A stretch of DNA of 10,276 nucleotides, taken from Amoeboradix gromovi X-113 (Eukaryota > Fungi > Sanchytriomycota). A program made the translations under genes and the position numbers. The notes below the pieces were generated by a model. The model saw only the letters and a program-made list of their open reading frames with translations, did no database searches and was not told the DNA's origin. Shown here piece by piece: positions 1-7,262 of this stretch (positions are counted from its first letter, which is position 1; every line of letters begins with the position of its first letter). The DNA is taken from the NCBI GenBank assembly GCA_018985225.1, contig JADGIF010000350.1, positions 1-10,276 on the forward strand, written 5' to 3'.

Positions 1-65
1 TGAAAGAGCAAGAGAATAGCTGTACAGAATATTTATTTTTGAAATTTGGATACATTTTGTTTTGT

Positions 66-1133
66 CTAGTTTTTGTAGAGCATGTCCCATATCTTGATGG
101 TCTTGTCTGCTTCACCAGTGAACAGAGTTTCACCATTAAAACAGCATTTCAATATCGCCGATTCACTATCAAGAGATCCCGGCTGCGGTAAGGATTGAAT
201 TGTGTAGATTTTTCTCATAATTTCTGTGTCAAAGAATTGCAACTGCCCTGATTCATTTCCCGCGACCAACGTGGATTCGTTGCAAGACAAGCTATTTATT
301 ATTCCATTTTCACATTCCAAATCATTGAAATGAGAATAAGTATCGAATTTCCAAACCTTTATATTATTACTGGATGCCGAAAAGAAACAATTCAAAGTCG
401 GATGCGCAACTAGTGACCTTACTCCATTCATGTGCTGAGTTAATCCTTTTATCATTTCACCGTTTCTTTTATCATATATTCTAATCGTAGAATCCATTCC
501 TCCTGTTATTATATGATTGTCCTTAATAAGAACAGAAGAAATGGTCTTTTCATGGCCCGTTAAAACTAGTTCTTGCTTTCTAGTTCTAACATCCCAAATT
601 CTACAACAAGCATCTCTCCCACCACTCGCCATCCATAGCCCAGTGTCGCTCAATGCAATGCAGTAGACACCATGTAAGTGACCATGATATTTACGAATTG
701 CTTTGTTGGCAGTTAAATCCCAGCACCGAATTGTTTTATCTTCTGAAGCGGAATAAAGGTATGGATGCTGCTGGGATATACATAAATCCCTAATGCTAGC
801 CACGTGGCCTGTAAGAGATAACTTTAAATTACCTTGCAGCGTCCAAATCTTGATAAGTTTATCAGTTGAGCCAGTAGCAAAGAATTTATTATAGGGATCC
901 ATACATATGCTTCTAACCCAACCGTCATGTCCAATCAAAACCTTGGATAACTTGAAATTAGGTTTAGTTGATACCGCTAGACTATCAGGCTTATTTTTCA
1001 AGTCATCCAAGTTTAAATTTAAGGACTTAGCAGGAGTTATATCAGTACTAAATTTGTACTCTCTATTGGGCAGTTCAAAGTCAAACAGCAATCTGGTTTC
1101 GTTTAAAAGTTTTTGATAATTTGGCATATTCAT
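66..1133 (-). CDS. PRP46: Pre-mRNA splicing factor Prp46/PLRG1 (WD40 beta-propeller, NineTeen complex)
   Basis: 355-aa ORF with WD40 repeats and Prp46/PLRG1-typical strings: GHDGWVRSI, LKLSLTGHV, HPYLYSASEDK.IRCWDL..NK.IR.YHGHL.GVY, QPGSLDSESAI, TGEADKTIKIW. No intron is needed; the N-terminus before the propeller is short. Confidence 0.93.
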   Translation of the reverse strand: MNMPNYQKLLNETRLLFDFELPNREYKFSTDITPAKSLNLNLDDLKNKPDSLAVSTKPNFKLSKVLIGHDGWVRSICMDPYNKFFATGSTDKLIKIWTLQGNLKLSLTGHVASIRDLCISQQHPYLYSASEDKTIRCWDLTANKAIRKYHGHLHGVYCIALSDTGLWMASGGRDACCRIWDVRTRKQELVLTGHEKTISSVLIKDNHIITGGMDSTIRIYDKRNGEMIKGLTQHMNGVRSLVAHPTLNCFFSASSNNIKVWKFDTYSHFNDLECENGIINSLSCNESTLVAGNESGQLQFFDTEIMRKIYTIQSLPQPGSLDSESAILKCCFNGETLFTGEADKTIKIWDMLYKN

Positions 1134-1151
1134 GTTATAAACAAGGAGAAG

Positions 1152-1284
1152 CAGCTTGACTATTTTCTGGAATAAATCATTTATGGCGAATTTGTATATA
1201 TTTTTGTATCATTTCAAGACTTTTCCAGATTTTTCTAATATGTTAAATACTAGATATTCTTCCTTTTTGCAAATGATAAATGGA
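1152..1284. repeat. Dispersed repeat copy A (unidentified, probably mobile-element derived)
   Basis: Ungapped manual alignment to 9890-10022 gives 117/133 identical, same orientation. The minus-strand frame reads PFIICKKEEYLVFNILEKSGKVLK*YKNIYKFAIN, with an internal stop. Confidence 0.9.
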
Positions 1285-1285
1285 A

Positions 1286-1351
1286 ACAACGTGTCACTTG
1301 AAGATAGATAGAGATCATATGGCGGCAAGGAACATATACATCAGATACATA
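1286..1351 (+). pseudogene. C-terminal remnant of a TnpB/Fanzor (Fanzor2-like) RNA-guided nuclease: last zinc-finger Cys plus RuvC-III
   Basis: Translates TTCHLKIDRDHMAARNIYIRYI, matching the TnpB/Fanzor C-terminal consensus CxxC-x4-DRDxNAAxNI. The candidate catalytic Asp is at 1313-1315. It is 5'-truncated exactly where repeat A ends (the first Cys of the CxxC is missing). The frame stays open to TAA 1469-1471. Confidence 0.8.
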
Positions 1352-1476
1352 CATCCTTATTCAATCCCGCCTCAGGGTAGTGCAAGCGTGAGCAATCACT
1401 GTAACGGAGCATCGAGCATTGCTAGTTTCTCTGCGGAAATTCTCGATTTTCTCGGAAATCTGGACTTTTAACGAGG
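1340..1476 (+). ncRNA. Candidate Fanzor omegaRNA scaffold / transposon right end
   Basis: Lies directly 3' of the RuvC-III motif, where TnpB/Fanzor omegaRNAs are encoded. 1361-1440 is 41/80 GC against AT-rich flanks. Contains hairpin GTGA-GCAA-TCAC (1388-1399, GNRA loop), a possible enclosing stem 1376-1383/1416-1423 with G-U pairs, and hairpin GATTTT-CTCG-GAAATC (1445-1460). Boundaries are estimates. Confidence 0.45.
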
Positions 1477-1598
1477 TGTATGATTAGTGTTTAAATTGCA
1501 AAAAACTTGGCGGCTCATGAAAACATTGCTCTAATGGCTTGGTAAATTTTGTCAATCTTATTTTTCTGAGTCTTACTTGTGAAACAAATTTTCAATGC

Positions 1599-1627
1599 TT
1601 CCAGATTTTACCAAAATGTTTAAGACT
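1599..1627. repeat. Short diverged copy D of the dispersed repeat core
   Basis: ttccagattttaccaaaatgtttaagact matches 1223-1251 at 24/29 positions, ungapped, same orientation. The match is short and AT-rich, so it may be chance. Confidence 0.35.
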
Positions 1628-1777
1628 TTCAGAAGCGAAAAAGAGGAGCAATTTTTGAAAAGGACTTTATTGGTGCACTGTTTGTTGTACTCTGCTATCA
1701 TCATTGCATGTCAACGTTAAAATCAATGTTGTTTAAAGTAAATTTTATGGTTATACGATTGGGATGTGAAGTTGTTA

Positions 1778-2710
1778 ATGACGCTTTCCCAAACATACGC
1801 TTTCTTTGGTTTGCAGATATGGACGTCGCATCATATGAATTACATTTTCGATAATAAATTTCGTTATGAAGAAAACCAATGCACTGAAATAGAAGGCTTA
1901 GCTTCTGCTTTCAAAGATTACAAATTCAAAGTGGAGCTCAAAAGTAGAAATTCTGATCGGAAAAACGCTTTGTTAGAAAAGCGCTACGAAAAGCTAAAGA
2001 ATTACTCTGAAGCATTGGAAACTCATATAAATAACATTAATGTACAACATAGATCCATAAGTTTGACTCTCGCTAATGATAATTTGTTGCAAAGCTCCGC
2101 AACAAAAATTTGCAATGAACAGGCCAAACTGGCAAGATGCATCGTTAAAAAGCTTTCAAGCCTTTCTTTGGTATTAAAAAATTTCATGGAACAATCTGAA
2201 TCATTTAATTATGATATTTATACTACCCAAAAACCAATAATCTTGAGAAAGCCGTGTTTAAACGAGTTCTTATCATTTCCTCAGAACTTAAGTATTGCGC
2301 TTTTGCGGGTAGCCAAAAAATGTGAAAAAATTGAAGATCACACCCAAAAAATCAATTACTTAGAAAAAAGTGCAATGCTGGGAAACAGGCTAGCATTTGC
2401 AGAACTTTCGAAGGCATATGACAATGGACTGGGTGTGATACAAAACAAAGTTGTTGCAAAGAATTGGCTGAAGGCTCAATCTGGTGACTCAGAGGGTTAT
2501 TATTTAATTGGAAATCTTTATTATTGTGGTCCACTTCAGCAAAACTTTTACAAGGCGTTATTTTGGTATAAAAAAGCTGCTGCATCTGGGAATTATAAAA
2601 GTTTGCAAAAGATGGCTTGGATTTATGGCTACGGATTTGGAGGCGTAGAAAAGGATTTAAATTTAGCAAAGTCACTGTACAAAAAGAGCTTAAAGTCTGA
2701 TGTGAAATAA
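1778..2710 (+). CDS. Sel1-like repeat (SLR/TPR-like) protein with a coiled-coil-like N-terminal region
   Basis: The C-terminal ~115 aa carry about three SLR units (YLEKSAMLGN..AFAELSKAYDNGLGVIQNKVVA; GYYLIGNLYYCG..QNFYKALFWYKKAAASGN; MAWIYGYGFGGVEKDLNLAKSLYKKS). The first in-frame ATG is 1778 (1766 is GTG). An alternative start is ATG 1726 with a phase-0 intron 1738-1816 (gtaaat...tttgcag). Confidence 0.75.
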   Translation: MTLSQTYAFFGLQIWTSHHMNYIFDNKFRYEENQCTEIEGLASAFKDYKFKVELKSRNSDRKNALLEKRYEKLKNYSEALETHINNINVQHRSISLTLANDNLLQSSATKICNEQAKLARCIVKKLSSLSLVLKNFMEQSESFNYDIYTTQKPIILRKPCLNEFLSFPQNLSIALLRVAKKCEKIEDHTQKINYLEKSAMLGNRLAFAELSKAYDNGLGVIQNKVVAKNWLKAQSGDSEGYYLIGNLYYCGPLQQNFYKALFWYKKAAASGNYKSLQKMAWIYGYGFGGVEKDLNLAKSLYKKSLKSDVK

Positions 2711-2719
2711 GAGTAAATT

Positions 2720-3184
2720 TTATTGATCAATTTGAAGATGTTTTTTTAGTTCGGAGCTCGATTTTTGATACTCCGCATTCAGTAGATTGTGCTCAATCTT
2801 CATAATATTTCCCCCATAAGGATGTATGCTTTCCGGAAATACAAACAATCTTTTGAATCTTTGATCGCGCAACATATTTCGGGGCAACATGCCCTTAACT
2901 CCAATCTCAATTACTCTGACTTTTTGCATATCTTTGTACAACGTACTTTTAAGGCCACCAGGCCACCCAGAATGAGTGTGATACACCTTTTGAACCTCTT
3001 TTCTTCCGGTAACATTAACATGATTAGCATTTATAACGACGCAGTAATCACCAAGATCTTCATTGGAAGAATAATACTTTTTTCTTTTACCTTGCAGAGT
3101 GCTCGCTACCTTTGCCGATAGCCTTCCCAGTATCTCATCTTTGGCGTCAAACAGATGCCAAACCCTCGCTCTTCGAGATATCAT
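2720..3184 (-). CDS. MRPL13: Mitochondrial large-subunit ribosomal protein uL13m (yeast Mrpl23)
   Basis: Bacterial-type L13 motifs RVWHLFDAKDEILGRLSAKVA, DLGDYCVVINA, YHTHSGWPGGLK, VKGMLPRN, RLFVFP, found in a nuclear eukaryotic context. Confidence 0.9.
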   Translation of the reverse strand: MISRRARVWHLFDAKDEILGRLSAKVASTLQGKRKKYYSSNEDLGDYCVVINANHVNVTGRKEVQKVYHTHSGWPGGLKSTLYKDMQKVRVIEIGVKGMLPRNMLRDQRFKRLFVFPESIHPYGGNIMKIEHNLLNAEYQKSSSELKKHLQIDQ

Positions 3185-3201
3185 ATTCCCTTTGTTTTGA
3201 G

Positions 3202-3963
3202 ATGGTTGTTCAAACTGAGATCACTTCAAGAATTGCTTTTCGTAATTCTTTTTCATCATTAATCTCGTGCATAGATGATTCAGTGGGTGATGACAAAATC
3301 AAACATTTAAGTTCATTGTTTGACTTGATTAAGATCGCTGATAAGCAATGGATTCTGGAAAGAAACTTTTATTTGGTAGCACTGCATCAAGCGGATATAT
3401 GTTTTTCTGTTCTGAATTACGAACATTTGAATTTATTTATATCTGGTCTTTCGATTGTAGAAGCAGTTGTAACGAGATGCTTTGAGTTTCCAAAGTCTAC
3501 ATTGGACCCATTTTATTGCCACTATGAGAGAGCTATCTTAGAAATTATTAATTTTGTGGAATTTCAAAATGACTGGAGCCTGCAGTCAAAGTTGCTCAAT
3601 CACCTACATATATTCATTCAAAAATTAGATATTTTTAGTATTGCGATTCTTCCCAACATGAGACCTATCTTCCTTTTATTTCAGCCTGATGATATCCAAT
3701 TGCACAAAACTTTGCGAAAATCCTCGGACTATGTCAAAAGCGTCGATATTTTTTTGAAAATAGTTATGCATTACAATCAATTCAAACACCATCTAAATTC
3801 TTATTTAGAGCTTATTTTGCCTACTTTAGCGGATCTAATTGTATTGAGCCAAGTTGATCTATCGTATTACAAACTGTTCATAGATTTGCCAAATTTTCTT
3901 GATGTTCATGTTAATATTTCGCAGGTCTATGGGGACATTCTGGTAACGGAAAACACTCAATAG
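3202..3963 (+). CDS. Probable Tti2 (TTT co-chaperone subunit), helical HEAT/ARM-like protein
   Basis: First ATG is 3202 (253 aa); the tracked start at 3112 is non-ATG and overlaps uL13m. Segments IDD....KIKHLSSLFDLI......ILERNFYLVALH and ILEIINFVE.....LQSKLLNHLHIFIQKLDIFSIAILPNMRPIF follow the pattern I recall for Tti2 family proteins. This needs HMM confirmation. Confidence 0.5.
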   Translation: MVVQTEITSRIAFRNSFSSLISCIDDSVGDDKIKHLSSLFDLIKIADKQWILERNFYLVALHQADICFSVLNYEHLNLFISGLSIVEAVVTRCFEFPKSTLDPFYCHYERAILEIINFVEFQNDWSLQSKLLNHLHIFIQKLDIFSIAILPNMRPIFLLFQPDDIQLHKTLRKSSDYVKSVDIFLKIVMHYNQFKHHLNSYLELILPTLADLIVLSQVDLSYYKLFIDLPNFLDVHVNISQVYGDILVTENTQ

Positions 3964-4024
3964 GTGAGCATATCTGTACCAAAGTAAACGAAATTTATTT
4001 TTGTCGGGGTTCTTTCTAACAGTC

Positions 4025-4753
4025 ATGACATATTCGCATAACGAGTTATTTGATATAGAGATGACTGATGTTGTAAAAAACTTTCCGTCTTTCGATAAAA
4101 TTCAGAAACTTACACCCTTCCCATTAGTTGAAGAGTTGAGTGACACTTTTGATGAACACTTAAATGAGTTTGCCCACTCAAAATACAAGTATATGCTAGC
4201 ATTTATATCTGCTGAATTTGGAACTAAGGCAGTGGAAGATGTGGCATGTAATCTTTCAAACTGTCAGTCCAAATATGCTAGTAACATCTGGATTGGTCAA
4301 GAAGATTTATATGGTCCTTTGGAAGAGGTTCTAAATATATTAATGGCCGAGCCTAAGCACAAATGCTTTCTGCAACGGGTCACTTCTAAGGAAGCACCTG
4401 ATTATGCTCGAATTATAAAAAATCCTATGGACCTCTCGCGAGTTGCCAAAAACTTGAAGAATTCGCTTTATAAAACAAAGCTGGAGTTTCAAAATGATAT
4501 CAATCTAATAGTTGATAACTGCTTGCTGTACAACGTTGATGCTGACAATATTTATAGATCTTTTTCTCTAAGCCTAAGAGATAGGTGTCATGCACTTATG
4601 CATGATGTGCCCGATATTAGAATAAAGCATATCAGCAAATTAACTGCTGAGGAGCTTAAAGAGTGGAAGTCGCAAAGGTCATCCACATTTATATCAAAGC
4701 ATTCTGCTCCAATTTCGAATATATCCAGGCTTGCTTTTGACCCAGTCAATTAA
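4025..4753 (+). CDS. Spt7-like bromodomain protein (short, 242 aa)
   Basis: SKYASNIWIGQEDLY...FLQRVTSKEAPDYARIIKNPMDL...YKTKLEFQNDINLIVDNCLLYN...VPDIRI matches the fungal Spt7 bromodomain, including the upstream IGQEELY motif. The acetyl-lysine-binding YN is retained. First ATG is 4025 (4001 is TTG). Confidence 0.8.
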   Translation: MTYSHNELFDIEMTDVVKNFPSFDKIQKLTPFPLVEELSDTFDEHLNEFAHSKYKYMLAFISAEFGTKAVEDVACNLSNCQSKYASNIWIGQEDLYGPLEEVLNILMAEPKHKCFLQRVTSKEAPDYARIIKNPMDLSRVAKNLKNSLYKTKLEFQNDINLIVDNCLLYNVDADNIYRSFSLSLRDRCHALMHDVPDIRIKHISKLTAEELKEWKSQRSSTFISKHSAPISNISRLAFDPVN

Positions 4754-4846
4754 TAAACAAAATCGTCATTTGTTATTTGTGATATGTACTTTCTCATTTG
4801 AGTAGGAGCTATTTCGAATTCTTTTTTAGGGTACTCGGAGCAGCTA

Positions 4847-6220
4847 ATGAAACTAACAGACGAATTGCTAAATTTGGTGAATCAATACAAAGATCACGGG
4901 TATATATGGTTTTACGAAAACGTGTTTATGAAAGATCAAATGAGCACAATAAAAATTCTGATTCCTTTTCTTCCCACAAAAGCGTTGGTGAATGGGGAAT
5001 TAAATCCATTGTACACTGAATTTAATTACCTATCTGTTCTACTTCAACTTGCTTGTGATAAAATGCAGAGATATAGGCAACCTAATTATCTAAACATTCA
5101 TAATGTATGTGAGTTGTTAGAGAAGTCAAATAAAATTCTTGTTCTTAGTGGTGCTGGTATAAGCGTCAGTGCAGGCATTCCTGATTTTAGATCAGCTAAT
5201 GGCCTTTATTCTCAGTTGTTGAAAGAATATCCAGAACTTTCGGAGCCGCAAGAAATGTTTGACTTGAATGTTTTTAAAGAAAATCCCAATATATTTTACA
5301 GTTTTGCTTACAAGATATATCCTTCTAATTTTAAACCCACGATATCTCACAAATTTATTCACGAGCTAGAAAAGAAAAACAAGTTGTTGAGAAATTACAC
5401 TCAGAATATTGATGGTTTAGAGACCATCCAAGGAATTAAGAATGTCATTCAGTGCCATGGATCATTTGAATATGCGTATTGCATCAAATGTAATGAGAGA
5501 TTCAAAGGTTCTGAGATTGAAGAGGAAATCTTCAATAAGGTTGTTCCACTTTGTAAGAAATGTCCTTTAACAGAAGATTCTCCTGCGGTTGTTAAACCTT
5601 GCATAACCTTTTTCCATGAAAAGTTGCCGAAGACTTTCGATGATGCCATAGAAAAAGATGTAAATGATTGCGATTTAGTTATTGTTATGGGTTCATCTCT
5701 CAAGGTAGCACCAGTGGCTGAGATTGTTCATTTAATAGACAGCAAAGTACCTCAGCTACTAATAAACAGAGAGGTCCTGGACCATCTGACTGGTCATTTT
5801 GACATTCATTTGCTCGGGGACTGCGATATCATTTTACAGGAGTTGAGTCGGCGATTGAATTGGAACATAGATCAAGAGTCATTTAAGATGCAATCCCATG
5901 AATTCTTTGAGCCACATTGCTTCTTGTTTGAAAACGGAGTTCTTGAAAAGCCAGTTGACATCGAAACCAGTGATGAGGATAGTGAAGACACAGACCAAGG
6001 TAACAATGCGTCAGAAGAAAACGATGGTTTGGATGAAGACGAGTTGGCAGGGCTGTACAAAGATGCTGAGGACATCGTAGAAGGGACTAGCGAAAGAATT
6101 AAATACAGTAATACAATAGAAGTGGAAATAGACGAAGAAAGCGCAGATGACGTTGATTTCAATCCGTACAAAAAGATAAAACTCGAAGATAGCGTAGCTT
6201 TGGCTAATAAACAACTTTGA
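4847..6220 (+). CDS. SIR2: NAD-dependent histone deacetylase, class I sirtuin (Sir2/Hst1/SIRT1)
   Basis: GAGISVSAGIPDFRS, YTQNIDGLE, catalytic QCHGSF, two CxxC zinc pairs, GSSLKVAPV, INRE, LLGDCD, followed by an acidic tail and an NLS-like KKIK. Confidence 0.93.
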   Translation: MKLTDELLNLVNQYKDHGYIWFYENVFMKDQMSTIKILIPFLPTKALVNGELNPLYTEFNYLSVLLQLACDKMQRYRQPNYLNIHNVCELLEKSNKILVLSGAGISVSAGIPDFRSANGLYSQLLKEYPELSEPQEMFDLNVFKENPNIFYSFAYKIYPSNFKPTISHKFIHELEKKNKLLRNYTQNIDGLETIQGIKNVIQCHGSFEYAYCIKCNERFKGSEIEEEIFNKVVPLCKKCPLTEDSPAVVKPCITFFHEKLPKTFDDAIEKDVNDCDLVIVMGSSLKVAPVAEIVHLIDSKVPQLLINREVLDHLTGHFDIHLLGDCDIILQELSRRLNWNIDQESFKMQSHEFFEPHCFLFENGVLEKPVDIETSDEDSEDTDQGNNASEENDGLDEDELAGLYKDAEDIVEGTSERIKYSNTIEVEIDEESADDVDFNPYKKIKLEDSVALANKQL

Positions 6221-6320
6221 TCAACTTTGCAATCCCAAATTCTTTGCTACTGCAGCTACAGATTTAATTGAATAAATCATTATCGCGATTACGAGAGCTA
6301 TAGAGCCTTAATATGACCTG

Positions 6321-6382
6321 TTTCCAGACTTTTCTAATCGCATAAAAACTCGATAATTTTTCTTTTCATCAACTGCAAATGG
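6321..6382. repeat. Dispersed repeat copy C
   Basis: Ungapped match to 9960-10021 at 50/62 positions, same orientation as copies A and B. The minus frame reads PFAVDEKKNYRVFMRLEKSG versus PFTICEKEEYRVFKLLEKSG in copy B. Confidence 0.75.
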
Positions 6383-6689
6383 CTCTAAAATCGATTCTTC
6401 AATGTGGGACACCAAATATAAGACTAGACCAAGTCGTTTTTAAAGGAAGTGCACCATAAGGAGGAAATACTATTATTAATAAAAGTACTTCTTCTTTCAT
6501 TAATATCATTCCCCTCTATAAAATATAACAAGATGACCCGCTATCTCTTTCAAATATACGAGGTCTTTGAATGTCTAAGCAAAATGTGCAACCAATAAGC
6601 TTGATTTAATTTACTATCGGTTAATACACACCTGAAATAATGATTCAAACTATTTCAGAAAGTTAGTCTAGTTTTTATATTTCATGTCC

Positions 6690-6895
6690 CAATATGTAAA
6701 ATCTAAAAAAATGACAGGTAGTGCAAAAGATCCTTTCCAGGCCCGGAGACCGGTCCAAGAATTGCAAATAGAAAACTTAACAAGAGCAAAAAAACGATTT
6801 CTTTACAATTTATAATATACTTAAGAACCGCTTTATACTTTCAAGTATTCTTCAAAAGAGATTCTAGACGGAAAGTTAGCAGCTTCTATAACGAC
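6690..6895 (+). mobile_element. Possible highly decayed Tc1/mariner transposase N-terminal (HTH) relic
   Basis: QYVKSKKMTGSAKD is followed, allowing two compensating 1-nt indels, by SRPGRP, resembling the Tc1 TGSVxDxxRSGRP linker. Downstream YSSKEI resembles the second HTH. Multiple stops, no DDE region and no TIRs were seen. Confidence 0.25.
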
Positions 6896-7262
6896 TTCTG
6901 AGTCACCAAAATTAATAAAAACGTTGCAGTGGTCATTTGCAAGTACCTGAAGATTATATGACAGAAAAGAATACATACATGAGATAACCCAACCCTATCC
7001 AATACCGGCTCTAGGCCTCAAAAGTACTAGCTGGTTATTTCAGCGAATCAATTGGCATTGTCAGAAGAAATTCTTGAATTCTAGGAACACAAGACTATTT
7101 TGAAGGCATGCATATTCTGTTGGTAGCTTGTAAAGCACTTACTATCAAACATGCTTGCGGTAGTCATCAGTTTATGTATTGACGAAATTGGATAACCAAT
7201 AAATAATTTAAATTTTAATAATATTTTTACTTCTCCAATGGCAAAACAATTTCAACTCGAAA

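Noticed and set aside
1-65. Possible 3' end of a convergent upstream gene (gaa aga gca aga gaa tag)
   Set aside because: Too short to support from this window.
1280-1471. 63-aa ORF as a functional small protein
   Set aside because: Its ATG comes from repeat A across the deletion junction. It is a chimera of a Fanzor tail and probable non-coding right-end sequence.
4745-4846. Splicing that fuses the bromodomain to the sirtuin
   Set aside because: The best acceptor (ttttttag at 4829) needs a phase-1 donor, and nearby GT sites in the bromodomain frame are phase 0 or 2. The only phase-compatible pair uses a weak donor (gtcaat).
7106-7155. Imperfect hairpin (gcatg...ttggtag / ctatcaa.catgc) upstream of MCM2 as a structured ncRNA
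   Set aside because: Short bulged stems, with no snoRNA, snRNA or tRNA boxes recognised. This is compatible with chance.
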